DNA of 63,772 bases, counting the filler, from Chiloscyllium plagiosum (Eukaryota): assembly GCF_004010195.1 (NCBI RefSeq). It is 4 parts of one record of this genome, joined end to end, with 100 filler letters (N's around TTAATTAATTAA, not from the genome) between each part and the next. Parts side by side here need not be neighbours in the genome. Positions count along the whole stretch, not along the records: positions 23,928 to 40,904 come from NC_057710.1; 3 more parts are not named here. One strand, 5' to 3'. Below are positions 23,828-36,915 of the stretch, one piece after another. A program made the position numbers and the translations under genes. Positions within the stretch are counted from its first letter, which is position 1, and the number at the start of each line of letters is the position of its first letter. The notes beneath the pieces are model-generated. The model saw only the letters and a program-made list of their open reading frames with translations. It was not told the DNA's origin and ran no database searches.

Positions 23828-23927
23828 NNNNNNNNNNNNNNNNNNNNNNNNNNNNNNNNNNNNNNNNNNNNTTAATTAATTAANNNNNNNNNNNNNNNNN
23901 NNNNNNNNNNNNNNNNNNNNNNNNNNN
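23828..23927. other. Artificial contig spacer
   Basis: 44 N + TTAATTAATTAA (stops in all six frames) + 44 N. Confidence 0.97.
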
Positions 23928-24181
23928 CCTCTCCTCCCTGACCTATCACCTTCATCCCCTCCCCCACTCACCCATTGTACTCTATGCTACTTTTCTCCCC
24001 ACTCCCACCCTCCTCTAGCTTATCTCTCCACGCTTCAGGCTCTCTGCCTTTATTCCTGATGAAGGGCTTTTGCCCGAAATATCGATTTCGAAGCTCCTTG
24101 GATGCTGCCTGAACTGCTGTGCTCTTCCAGCACCACTAATCCAGAATCTGGTTTCCAGCATCTGCAGTCATTGTTTTTACC
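23928..24181 (+). mobile_element. Penelope-like PLTR with hammerhead core
   Basis: Pyrimidine-rich tract, then the core at 24052-24087, then a tail ending CCAGCATCTGCAGTCATTGTTTTTACC. Same subfamily as the copies at 6107 and 63542. Confidence 0.78.
24052..24087 (+). ncRNA. Minimal type I hammerhead ribozyme-like motif
   Basis: attc CTGATGA a gggc-tttt-gccc GAAA t ATC gatt. Conserved core, perfect 4-bp stem II, palindromic ATAT stem III and an NUH triplet AUC. Stem I is short with one mismatch. Activity is not shown. Confidence 0.6.
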
Positions 24182-24503
24182 ACAATAATAGGTGCTGAAT
24201 GATGATAATGAAGTTTGCCCATATGATTAATGATTTACTGGATATATGCATTCTACCAGATCATCATAAATACAGTCCACTACAACCTCTTCCTCTGGGA
24301 GTTGATTGATAGTAGCTCTGACTTCAGAAAATTTACTTATGATGGTTACATCGTGTGTGAAAAGAGAGGAGAATTTCCCAGCCTTGGACCCTTTATAAAT
24401 CAGCTCCACTGAAATATTTTAATGCACCTCTCTTTGATAGGAAGACATCAATAAGGGGATGGTGGGCTTTAGGGGGAGGGGCGAGTATGGTATTGACCAC
24501 ATA

Positions 24504-24802
24504 AGATTAGATTACTTACAGTGTGGAAACAGGCCCTTCAGCCCAACAAGTCCATACCGACCCGCCAAAGCGCAACACACCCAGACCCATTCCCCTACAT
24601 TTACCCCTTCACCTAACACTACGGGCAATTTAGCATGGCCAATTCGCCTAACCTGCACATTTTTGGAGCACCCGGAGGAAACCCACGCAGACCCGGAGAG
24701 AATGTGTAAACTCCACACAGTCAGTTGCCTGAGGCGGAAATTGAACCCAGGTCTCTGGCGCTGTGAGGCAGCAGTGCTAACCACTGTGCCACTGTGCCAC
24801 CC
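24504..24802 (-). mobile_element. HE1-type V-SINE
   Basis: tRNA head, V-domain and (TCTAA)n tail on the minus strand. Confidence 0.9.
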
Positions 24803-26065
24803 ACCAATGATACTTAAGTCAGAAATTAAATCACAAAGCTACACTCTTCACTCTTATTTAAGATAGGTCAACCAAACTCCTAATCAAGGGTAGATTTCCA
24901 TCACAGCCTCCTCAAGAGCAAGAGAAGAAATTGGCTTTGCATATCACTCTAAACACTGCATTACTTTGTATTATTATGCTGTCTGTATTTTATTTTTGAT
25001 GTATTTATTAAATGCCTTTTGCAAGAAAACAGTTCAATATTTTGTGAACTGTTTTGTTTAATTAAAACAGCATCCTTCTTAAATATCTGAGCTCTGTATG
25101 TAATTCATTCTGGAGTCTTGAACCATAAAATAATTTGGTATTTTCTAAATAATAAAAACCTTAAAATAGCATAAAGAAAAATTGTCCTGAAAGTGCCAAC
25201 TTCAACGTAATAGAGTAATTTTCCCCAAAAAAACAATGATTACAGCAAAAAAAATCAGTGATGAATCTATGAATTTATGTACTTGCACATTTTTATAGTG
25301 CCAAGTAAATATTTGGATCTCTTTTTGTAGCCAGGAATGTCTTACCTGATGCCCTTCATGTGAACTACTGTAAGTGTTTTTGAAAATACAACTTATAGCC
25401 AGGTTTCTTACACACAGTATTTCAATAAATAACAGACAAAAAGAACACGCTTTGAACAAAATTGTTGATTAGGGCTTGACAAACATTCTCTTGGAAAAGA
25501 GATCAGTAAGAGCTAATAAATTGTGACGTAATCTTTGAGCAGAGCAAAGCAGGTGCTCAGCTGTACCAAACCATCTATATTGAGTCAACAGGACAGTTTT
25601 AAGGTAATACAAAATGAAACATGCTGAAATTGTGTTGACAGTAATATTTCCCACTCAAAACTGCCCAAAACACAATGGTAAAGAATTGATGGAAATGAAG
25701 GGTCAGTTAAAATACTCAAAAACATCATAAGGTGAGTATATCAGTTTAAAATTTGAACTGATTTGAATCTTGAAATTTAATACTTTCTAAAGGATGAGGC
25801 ATATTTTATTCAATACCTAGTCATTTCTCTGTATCTGTGAGGTTTCTGATCCTGAGAACCACTTTTGCCTTTTGCAAATTACGAAATTCCAAATTGTGGA
25901 ACTCATTAAAAATAGGTTGAAATGGCCAAAAAAAGTCACGGATACAAACTTTTTATGCATGGATGTTGATTTTTGTTGTTGCTCTTTTTTTGGCACAAAT
26001 AGGCAAGTTATTGATTCATTGTTTTGCAGATATAGAGGATTTACTGTATATAATTTAACGTTTTA

Positions 26066-27760
26066 CAGTCATAGAGTCATTTATACAGCTGTACAGCATG
26101 GAAACAGACCCTTCAGACCAACTGGTGCATGCCAGCCAGATATCCTAAATAAATTTTGTTCCATTTGCCTGCACTTGGCAGATATCCCTCGAAACCTTTC
26201 CGATTCATTTACCCATCCAGATGCCGTTTAAATGTTGTAATTGTATTGGACTCTACTATTTCCTCTAGCAGCTCATTTCATATTTGCACTACCGTCTGCA
26301 TGAAAAAGTTACACCTTGGGTCCCTTTTAACTATTTTCCCTCTCACCTTAAACCTATGCTCTCTAGTTTTGGACTCCCTTACCCTGGGAAATACTTTGGC
26401 TATTCACCCTATCTGTTCACCCTATCCCTCAGCTTCCAACACTCCAGGGAATATAGCCTCAGTTTTTAAAATGTCTCCCTATTGCTCAGACCTCTAACCC
26501 TGACAACATCTTAGTAAATCTTTTCTGAACCTTTTAAAATTTCACAAAACCCTTCCTTTTGCAGGGAGTCCACATTGCATGCAGTATTCTGTATAGCCAC
26601 AACATGACCTCTCAACTCCAATAATCAATGCACTGACCAATAAAGGCAAGCATATCAAACGTCTTCTTCCCTGTTCTGTTTACCTGTAACTTCACTTTAA
26701 AGGAACTATGAACCGCACTCCAAGGTCTCTTTGTTCAGTAACACTCCCCAGGACCTTACCGTTACGTGCTGTTTGCTCTGATTTGCCTTTCCTCTGAAAG
26801 GCCCTGATTTGCCTTTCCAAAATGCAGCACCTCACATTTATTTAAGTTAAATGTCATCTGCCACTCGTTGGTAGACAAGCAGGAGGCAGGAAGAACACAG
26901 TAAGCCAGGCAGCGTCAGGAGGTGGCAAAGTCAGCGTTTCAGATATAACCATTCTTCAGGACTGAAGGAGGGTTAGAACCGAAACATTGACTTCTCCACC
27001 TCTTGATACTGCCTGGCTTGCTGTGTTCTTCCAGCCTTCTGCTTGTCTACCTTGGAATCCAGCATCTACAGTTTTTTTTGTCTCATCTACCACTTATCAG
27101 CCCATTGGTCCATTTAATCAAGATCCCGTTGTAATCTGAGATAACCTTCTTCACTGCCCACTGACAAGTTTGGTGTCATCTACAAACTTACTAACCATAC
27201 CTCTTATGTTCACATCTAAATCATTTATATAAATGACAAAAAGTTATGGACCCAGCACCGATTCTTGTGGCACTCCACTAGACACAGGCCTCCAGGCTGA
27301 AAAACAACCCTCCACCACCACCTTCTGTCTTCTACCTTCAAGCCAGTTCTCTATCCAAATGGCTACTTCTCACTGTATTCCATGTGATCTAACCTAACTA
27401 TCCAGTCTACCATGAGGAACTTTGTCGAACGCCTTACTGAAGTCCATATAGATCATGCCCATTACTCTGCCCTCATCAATCTTCTTTGTGACTTGTTCAA
27501 AAAACTCAACTCAAGTTAGTGAGACACGATTTCCCACACACAAAACCATGTTGACTGTCCCTCATCAATCTTTGCCTTTCCAAATACACTTAAATCCTGT
27601 CCCTCAGGATTCCCACCAACTTGCCTACCACCGATGTCAGGTCCACCAGTTTATAATTCTCTAGATTTTCCTTACCACCTTTCTTAAATAGAGGCACCAT
27701 GTTAGCCAACCTCCAGTCTTCCAACACTCACCTGTGACTATCGATGATACAAATATCCCA
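26066..27760 (-). mobile_element. CR1 (HER1-like) RT and 3' end, interrupted at about 26867-27082
   Basis: Reverse complement of the same RT/3' sequence seen at 23245 and 17606. Confidence 0.88.
26867..27082. mobile_element. Palindromic Penelope-like insertion with back-to-back hammerhead-like cores
   Basis: 26871-26959 pairs with 26962-27050 (GTAGACAAGCAG.AGGC.GGAAGAACACAG... / ...CTGTGTTCTTCC.GCCT.CTGCTTGTCTAC). Imperfect TSD TCATCT(G/A)CCACT(C/T) at 26854-26866 and 27083-27095. Confidence 0.78.
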
Positions 27761-29269
27761 CAAGTAAGTGTGCAATTTTACCAAGGGAAGACTGATATAT
27801 ATTATAACATATTCTTGACAGAATGATGGAGTTATATAGAGAGATCATTTCGCATTGAAACATTCTTCATTGCACTATTTTTGGAAGATTACCAGTAGAA
27901 GATGAGAAATGGTGATTTTGCTGCTTAACATCACGTGCCTAATTAGTTCGGTTGTTTGCAACATGTGTTTATATGTCAATCTTCCTATGCAAGCTATACT
28001 TTGCATATACTGCTGCTTTAGTACCTGAACTCTATCTGATTTGCATATTATAAAAATCACTTTTGGTCTGCTTCTTGGTATAAAATGTTTCTTGCACAAC
28101 ACATACCAATTACGTTATTTCGTCTCTTATCCCTTTCCATCCAGCTAAAATATTGCATTGTGCCTCCTGTAGAACGATATGAAATGTGAAAGGGAGATCA
28201 GGGACTGACAGAGAGTTTTTCTAAAATGATTAAGTTGCTTTAGAGAATGAATTAAAATAAATTATTCTTGATTCCTTTCAATACTCTGCACTGCAAGATT
28301 GTTAGCAGTATCAAAAGCCAAAGGAAACAATTTTTTTGCATTTTAATGCACTTTATTTATTTAATGTTTCTTTTATCTTTTTGCAGATTACTTCACTATA
28401 AAGTTGTACATTTCTGGAATTAGCTTAATGTTTATAAAAAAGAAACACCAGTATTACGTTTCTATGGGTGGAAATTGCAGTGATTCAGGCACCTTCACAA
28501 TTCTTTCGAGTTTAAACTGCTGTGAATTTCTATGCTCTCTTGACCACTGTGGTGCACAATGCGCAAAAACCGAGTGGAATAGAAATGCCACAAAGCCACA
28601 AAAGGTGTTCTCAAAGCTCATTAAAGGTGGCTCCCACAGGAGTCATATTACATCGAAGTTTAGTGTGGTTTGAGGTCATTCGGTTCAGTTTTCAGTTGTG
28701 GTGGGGTGATTGCCGACACTGAGACTAAAGAATTCTTTTGAAAAGTAGTGAGGCCATTGATTGTAATATCCAGTGCATATATCACACCCTAATGCAGCTT
28801 TGTATGACCTGCAAGTCTTATGCACCAGCACAGTTTGTAACTTGGCACCCATTTTTAAAGTACCACAACTAAAATGCTTTGGTTTTATCATATATTGAAG
28901 CCAGAAAGAACAGCAGGACAAGTTACATTACTGTCCATGATATGAGACACTGTTGGCTTTAAACTTTGATTTAAAACATTGAGTATTCCTAAGAATATCT
29001 TAGAATCACTTACAATTTTCACATTGGCATAAAGCTCACAACTGCAAATAGCGATGAAGACAATCATTTAGCTTAACATTTCTAAGAGTCCAGAATTGCA
29101 TTTAAAAGCCTCTTGAATATTTCCAGAAATTTGTCACTCACTCTCCTTTCCTAAAAACTATTCTAGTTGTTATTGACTGTGTGAAGCAATATTCCATGAC
29201 ATCAATGGTAAACTAAATGGAACTGTCTCCTGAGGCTGACAATACAGGAATATTGCATATACACGAAAT

Positions 29270-29448
29270 CTGAAAGAATGGTACAAAGAGCTGTAAATAC
29301 TCAATAAGTCTAGCAGCATCTGTGGCTAGAAAATTGGAGTTAATGCTTTTAAGTCAAATTTGACTCTTCTTCAGAAATTAAATCTCTGTTTCTGTCACCA
29401 CAGATACTGCCAGACCTGCTAAATATTTCCAGCAATTTCTGATTTTAC
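29270..29448. mobile_element. Old Penelope-like fragment with inverted arms
   Basis: AGTCTAGCAGCATCTGTGG.. pairs with ..CCACAGATACTGCCAGACCT. Minus-strand ttCTGAAGAagagtcaaatttgacttAAAAgc is a decayed core. Confidence 0.55.
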
Positions 29449-30408
29449 ACTGGATTAATCACATTAATTTTGGTTTTACCAATAACTGGAATAAGGTAAG
29501 CCAAATATTAGTGTGTCTTTTGTTAATACTGTGATTTCTGCTAAATTTTCATGCATGTTCCAGTGTTACTTTCAATTTCCATCTCTACCTGAAACTCCCA
29601 ACCAAGGCAAACTTGATGAGCTGCAGTGAATAAAAGGACAAGATGATACACTGCCTAATCATGGTGTCAGCTATAATTCTCAGTCACTTCAAGTGACATT
29701 GGACTTACATGTACAGTAGTAAATCGTCAGACTGAGATAAAGGCATAACCCGCACAATCCTGATTAAGATGGATAGAGTAGAAAAGCATTTGCTTTGCAC
29801 GTTGATTCATAATGTCCTTTATAGCTTTCTCTCACCTTCTGCCCAAACCATTTCAGTTTGTCTGGAAGTCCTCATTATTAATTGATGGGCCAGTGCAACG
29901 TTATTGACTTAGACTAGAATAACAGGAGGATGAAGAAGCCCATTTACATTACAGAGTGATTCTTTCACATTTCTTAACTTCTCATGACATTCAACATGTA
30001 CAAAACACCAGAAGAGAAATACAAAGGCATTTTTGGCTTTATTAAACATGGTCTAATCCAAATATACCACAATCAATAAATATACAAATTGTGCTGTCAT
30101 AGTTGTTCCAGTGCATACATATGTAAGAATGAGGCTACGTCAGTTCATTGTCAAAATAGTCACACCAACTTTACTCAATAATATTCAAATATTTTGAAAG
30201 GTGCAAGAAATCTTTGATGACGACTTGTCTAAAAAACAGACATTCTTCCATGTGATCTTCAACTCTCTAGTACTTCACTACTTCTCCACTCGTAAAACAG
30301 TATGCAACAGATGGAACCAGAGCAGAATAGCAGGAGTGTTCCTCATTTTAGATCTTTCAGTAAAGATGAACAGAAAATGATTGGACTGGAAGTATCTGCA
30401 GCTATTAA

Positions 30409-30719
30409 AGATTAGATTAGATTCCCTACAGTGTGAAAACAGGCCCTTTGGCCCAACAAGTCCACACCGACCCTCCGAAGAGGGTCCAGACCATCCAGAC
30501 CCATTCCCCTACACCTAGCACTACAGACAATTTAGGATGGCCAATTCACCTAACCTGCACATCTTTGGACTGTGGGAGGAAACCGGAGCACCCGGAGGAA
30601 ACCTGCGCAGACACGGGGAGAATGTGCAAACTCCACACAGACAGATACTGAGGCCAGGATTGAACCTAGGTTGTTGGTGCCGTGAGGCAGCAATGCTAAC
30701 CACTGAGCCACCGTGCCAC
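30409..30719 (-). mobile_element. HE1-type V-SINE
   Basis: Head, V-domain and (TCTAA)n tail. Confidence 0.9.
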
Positions 30720-31480
30720 GTCATATACCATGTGAAGCTGGAAACCTCTTCAAAGCTGAAACAACTAGTATTAAAGTTTCCAGTAATAAAAATAGAAAGT
30801 GTTGTATCTGTTTTCTGTACTTTGCCAAAGTAGATTTGCTGCTACCAACTCTTTTTTTAAATAACGTGCTTTATGAGGGAAGATAGCCTTGTGAGATGCA
30901 AACCCCCCTCACAAAATAGCCTGTGTAGGAATCAGGATTTGAAAAATGCACCGGTCAACAACTGCCACAATTCATTTCTGAAAATTCAGAAGATAACTGT
31001 TTTCCCTGCTTCACAGATGCTATTTCTGCTGCTATGTAGTTTCAACATTTTCTTTCGTTATTTCAAGTTTCCAACATCCGTTTGCACTTAATCATATTTT
31101 TCAAACTAACTTTGCTCACTCTTCTCGATCATTGATGTCGATAGCGTCTTCATAACACATTTTGCCAGGCAATGTTCAAAGTTAGTGCTATATTTCTATC
31201 ACCATTCGTATCTATCTTTTATTTCATTAGACACTTCACAGATAAATATGCAGGTTCTAGAGGTGTCCAGTGCACTACAGAATTCAGCATCATTTATTCC
31301 ATCATCAGTAAAGTACCAGTAGAAGTACAATCAGCTCTGAGGATTTAGATAATCAATTTGAAGTGGTGTTCATGGTGAACACGAGTCATTGGGACCAACT
31401 GGTTGAGAAGCTTGCAATACAGATTCAAGTCCATCCTCAGCCATTCTGATGCCTGAAGCTTTCATTTAAAAGAATAATGC

Positions 31481-32477
31481 TGTTATGAAGCTAATTTACC
31501 TGTTGCTGTGCAGAGATTGAGAACTCCTATCCAGGTGACTGAGAGTCCCAGTCCCAGAGTGAAACTGGTCCCACATATTAGGCCCAGAATACTTTCAAAC
31601 ATTTTAAAGTTCTGGCCATGGAATGTTCTATTATGATGCAGAAACCAGGAGCCTTAGTATACAGCATGCACCCTCGAAAAGGGTAGCCCACAGGACCGAA
31701 AGGAGCTCTTGTGGTTCTAGGATAGTGAAGGGTGGTGAAAAGCTGGGTTCAAAGGCAGTCGAAGGCAGGTGAAATGGGATGCAGCATTTCAGAAAAAAAG
31801 CAACTGAAAGACCAGAAAAAAAAAACAAAATGTAACAGAAACCAGGAGGAGTAGGTGGAGAAATTTCCTGAGAGACTAAGCAGAGACTAAGCAGAGAGGA
31901 CGAAGAAGGTGCTGAAAGTAAGCAAGGGATTAAGTGTAGGAGCAGTCTGGAAGATTGCATTGAACCACCAGGTGGTAGGCAAATGTTCAGCAACTCAAAG
32001 TTGGAGCATTATTGAAGAGAATTTAGAAGCAGAGTCATTGACAGTCTGAAATCACTCTAGAGGCACATGAAAGTGTTAATGTTCCTTTAACAACTCACAA
32101 TAACTACTGATGTCTGGATGAGTTAGTAACAAATCCACAGGATTTATTCTTGGTTGTATTTGCCATTTAGTACACAAGATATTGTGTTTGGTCACAATTT
32201 GTGTTTGCATCATATTGACTTTGCATGATAGGTATTGCTTGTTAATACATATTCATCTCATGTTAAGTTGGAATATTAGATTATAAAATAGATACTGCAA
32301 TCTATTTTACTTCTTTAACTTAGTATAGTAAAGTTTAGGCTTGTTTATTCAAACCCTTGTCATCTTCTGGCTTTATTTCTATTAGCAAAAAAAAATTGTG
32401 ATTCCCAAACTTACAAAATGTTACTATTTCCTAAGTGGACCAAACCAAACTTGGAGGTCTGGTCCAGAACTATAACC
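31481..32477 (+). mobile_element. Probable solo LTR (about 1 kb)
   Basis: Begins TGTTAT and ends ATAAC(C), flanked by AATGC (31476-31480) and AATGT (32478-32482). Purine-rich U3-like body, AT-rich region with AGTAAA, and a GGTCTGGTCCAG end motif. Confidence 0.5.
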
Positions 32478-33330
32478 AATGTTAACTGAGCACTAATGAA
32501 CTTTCCAGTCATTAGAGGATATGGTAATATCGTGTTCAGACTGCAATGTCTGATGGTGAATGTAGAGAACTCCATTCATTGTCCACAGTTATGTATGCCA
32601 ATTTATCAAATCTGTGCCACCTCCATGACAAAATTTATCAAACTAGTGTCTACTTTAATGGATTTTGTTAGGCCATCAAATTGCATCTGTCACGTCCTTT
32701 ATGTTCTCCTGAAGTCTATACATATCAAGGTCTCATTATTATTTGTAAATGTCATAATGCATGTCAAATGACAATTATCTTAATAAAGGCTTGAATCCTA
32801 AGGGTGTTGAATAGCACAATGAATTCTGTCAGCCATTGCTGAAATATTCTACATTCTTCAGGGATGTGATGTGAAAAGTGAACTCACTACTGCAGAGAGT
32901 AGTCGAGGCCAATATTTTAGATACTTCAAAGAAAATCAGATGCTCACATGAAAGAAAAGAGAATAGAAAGTTAAGTTAAAAGGGCTGAGATGAGGTTGAT
33001 GGAATGGAGTAAACCCATGTCAAATATGTCACAGTCTAGTTAGGCCAAAAAGACTGATACTGTGCTGTACTTTCTAAATAATTCCATATAATAATTTGCA
33101 TGTTGTATTTTGTATGTTGGCTTCAAATGAACCACTAGATGAAAATTTGGAGTTGGAGTTTTCATTTAATTATTCCAACACTAAAATCATTTCATTTACA
33201 ATGGCTATTACAAGCAAAACATTGCTGACTTCAATGGTAACTAATGGATGCTTGCATTTGCCTACAGAGTTGCTTCTTTGCCATTGAAGATTACATAAGC
33301 TGTTATTTCAGCAGGCATATCAAAATTATA

Positions 33331-33657
33331 TCATAGAATCCCTACAGTGTAGAAACAGGTCCCTCAGTCCAACAAGTCCACACCAACCCTTCAAAGTGTA
33401 ACCCACCCAGACCCATTCCCCCACATTTACATCTGACGAATGCACCCAACCTACACATCCCTGAACACTATGGGCAATTTAGCATGGCCAATTGACCTAA
33501 CCTGCATATCTTTGGATTGTGGGAGGAAACCAGAACACCCGAAGGAAACCCAGGCAGGCACAGGGAGAATGTGCAAGCTGCACACAGTCACCCGAGTCTG
33601 GAATTCAACCCAGGTCTCTGGAGCTGTGAGACAGCAGTGCTAACCACTGTGCCACCC
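33331..33657 (-). mobile_element. HE1-type V-SINE
   Basis: Head, V-domain and tail. Confidence 0.88.
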
Positions 33658-34056
33658 ATAAAGATTGCTTTATCTGTTCAGATTTTTAGAAAATGTTCTA
33701 TCTTTCAGGTATATTGCATTGTCGAAGGATTATTAAAAATGCCTTTAGTCATTGTTTTACAAGATACCTGATAAATGGTAAGAGACAGACGCTGAAGAGT
33801 GCAGCAGAAAATACAGAGGTTGACACTGGAAATACATACCCTTTTACTGTTTTACATTTGTATTAAAATTGAAAGGTTACTTAGATGACTCATGCTTAAT
33901 AAAGTTGTCTACTTCATATAAATCTTACAGCCAAAACTTCATAAAAATCCAAAATAATTTATTTAATGCCTAGGCTGCAGCATTCTCTGAAAAACTAACT
34001 CTTTAAGTAACACCTCTGCTCCACAATTCAATATAATTACATTGGCTCCCTCTACT

Positions 34057-34150
34057 GTTTTAATCAACTTGTTCAACCATGGAAGGTGTGACATGAACAC
34101 AGACCTTCTGACCCAGAGGTAGGGGCACAATGGCTGCACCACAATAACCA
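34057..34150 (-). mobile_element. Short tRNA-derived SINE (same family as 48133-48245)
   Basis: Minus strand TTGTGGTGCAG...CCCTACCTCTGGGTCAGAAGGTCTGTGTTCATGTC...TGAACAAGTTGATTAAAA with A/B-box-like motifs. Confidence 0.5.
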
Positions 34151-34677
34151 CCAGAATGGAATTGGTGACCTCTGCTGCTTCATCACCTGCTTTAAGTAGG
34201 AACAATTAATGCATTGTTGTATTCTTCTGTTTATTTGCGTAATTTGTATTAATTGCAAAAAAAGTTAGAAAGTAATTAATAACATGTGTGGCAATTCAGG
34301 CATCTTCCTAAAGGTTCTGCTTATGCTCAACATTAAAGTTTGTTCCCTCAGAAACAATTTTACTTCCTGTAAATGAAAATTTAAACTTATTCTTAAACTT
34401 TACATAATAATTGACTTAATGATAAAGAAATAAGTCTTATACCTATCAGATATCCTTATATTTAATCAGCCTGTTAATTTTCATATTTCTCAAACTTATC
34501 AAAAAACACTATACTTTCAAACTAAATGGTTCAGGGTATTGATAGTCATTCTATTTATTATGGGATATACAATTATACAGAGGTAAACATTTATGAACAT
34601 TAGTATAGCACTCAATTTTACAGTATCTTTCTGAAACAATTAAAACCACCGGGCTATTCTAATTCTCTAATAACAGT

Positions 34678-34999
34678 TTAGATTAGATTAGATTACATTA
34701 CAGTGTGGAAACAGGCCCTTCGGCCCAACAAGTCCACACCGACCCGCCGAAGCGAAACCCACCCATACCCCTACATTTACCCCTTACCTAACACTACGGG
34801 CAATTTAGCATGGCCAATTCACCTGACCCTGCACATCTTTTTTGGACTGTGGGAGGAAACCGGAGCACCCGGAGGAAACCCACGCAGACACGGGGAGAAC
34901 GTGCAAACTCCACACAGTCAGTCGCCTGAGGCGGGAATTGAACCCGGGTCTCAGGCGCTGTGAGGCAGCAGTGCTAACCACTGTGCCACCGTGCCGCCA
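34678..34999 (-). mobile_element. HE1-type V-SINE, young copy
   Basis: CpG-retaining, near-identical to the copies at 38123 and 55763, with a (TCTAA)3 tail. Confidence 0.93.
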
Positions 35000-35679
35000 C
35001 AAGTTTAATTTGACTCTATCACAAAAAAGCTTTGCAGAGAAATAAATGAGTCCTACTTTGTCTCCAATTCTAATGATGGCACAAGAAAATAGCAACAACA
35101 TTGGATTCACATTTCATTATACCTTCCCTTTCTTTGATATTCAAGATAGCAAAATGGGAGATAAAAAGATATAATTCACAATCAAATCAAAGGTACCCCA
35201 CTTTGAATTATTTCTTGTAGTTATATACCAACATCAAAAGGAAATGCAGATGTGAAAAGAATCAACAAACCTCACTTAGCCAAACAGAGTTTTCATTACT
35301 TATGGGGAAAGACATTACAGGTACCAGATCTCGCACTTCACAGTGACAAGGACAATGCTACCACAAGTCAGGCTGCATGGGGAAGATGCTAGCCTGGTAA
35401 CCATTTAGCAGCCTATCCTGGTTATGCTGCATTGGAAACAAATACATTTGGTCAAATATGGTTGAAAATGTTGAAATCATACAGGAATACGTCATCTCAT
35501 GCATTTCACATTATTATTCCTGAACAACATAGATGTTTGGAAAGCTTGTGTATTTTTTTAATGAATCTTGATAATTATTAGAACCATTGCTGAATTTTTA
35601 TTATTCTTATTTTTGTTCTTTTGTCAATTTTGAATTGTGACCTGGAAATGACTTGGAGACTTTGGGACAGCTTGTGGAA

Positions 35680-36915
35680 AAAGGAAAAGAACAGACAAAT
35701 TGAACTGGATTATAAAAGTAAAGAAGTGTTGTTACAATTGTGTAAGGTGTTGATGAGACCACATCTGGATTATTGTGGCCAGTTCTGGTCTCCTTGCTTG
35801 GGGAAAGAAGTGACGGCACTGGAGGCAGTTCAGAGGTTCACACGTCAATTCCAAGGATGAAAGGGTTATCTTCGGGAAGTGGTTGAATAGCTTGGGCTTG
35901 TACTCGCTGGAGTCATAGAAATGTACAGCACGGAAACAGACCCTTTGGTCCAATTCATCCATGCTGACCATATATCCTCAATAAATCTAGTGCCATTTGC
36001 CAGCATTTGACCCATATCCCTCTAAACTCTTCCTATTCATATACCCATCCAGACCCCTTTTAAACATTGTAATTGTACCAGCCTCCAAAATCATCTTTGG
36101 CAGCACATTCCATACACACATTACCCTCCGTGTGAAATATTTGCCCTTCAGTTTCTTTTTAAATCTTTCCCCTCTCACCTTAAACCTATAGCCTCTAGGT
36201 TTGGACTCCTTTATGCTGGGGAAAATACCTTGACTATTTACCCTATCCATTCACCTTATTCCTTTGCCTCCCAATCCTCCAGAGAAGATAGCCCAGCCTA
36301 TTTAGCCTCTCCTTATAGCTCAGACCATTCAACCCTGGCAACAGCCTTGTCAATCTTTCCTGAACCCTTTCAAGTTTCACAATATCTTTTCTATAGCACG
36401 GAAACCAGAATTGAATGCAGTATTCCTAAAGTGACCTAACCAATGCCCTATACAGCCACAGCATGACCTCCCAACTCCTATACTCAATGCACTAACCTGT
36501 AAAGGCAAACATACTTCAGAAGAATGAGGCACGATCTGTTTAAGTCTATGTAATATTAAATGGGATTGATAAGGTGAATGTGCAAAAGACATTCCCTCGT
36601 GGGACAGTCTTGAACAAGAGGGTATAGATATAGAGTGAGAGAAGGTCAATTCAAAACTGAGATGAGGAGAAACTACATCTCCCAGATGGTTGAGAATCTG
36701 TAGAACCCATTGCCCCAGAGTGCAGTGGAGGCTGAATCAATCAGCAGATTCAAGGAAGAAATAGATATATTTCTGAGGAAAAGCAGGATAAAGGGCTATG
36801 AGGAATAGGCAGGAAAATGGAGTTGAGACCAGGAAAATATCAGCTATAATCATGTTCAATGTTGGAGCAGGCTCGAAGGGATGAATTGCCTACTCCTGCT
36901 CCTATTTCATATGTA
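35680..36915. mobile_element. Plus-strand CR1 3' fragment with a minus-strand HER1-like CR1 nested at about 35911-36512
   Basis: L.RPHLDYC.QFWSP on the plus strand resumes after the inverted copy and ends CCTACTCCTGCTCCTATTTC.TATGT. Confidence 0.8.

Noticed and set aside
23872..23883. TTAATTAATTAA palindrome recurring three times (also 40949-40960 and 58301-58312)
   Set aside because: Always centred in 44+44 N. It is an artificial six-frame-stop spacer, not biology.
29833..29875. Candidate cspg4b exon 1 (ATG...G|GTGAGA, phase 1, minus strand)
   Set aside because: Only 13 codons and not hydrophobic, so not a signal peptide.
34920..34999. tRNA gene
   Set aside because: It is the tRNA-derived head of an HE1 SINE, continuous with the V-domain and repeated across the window.
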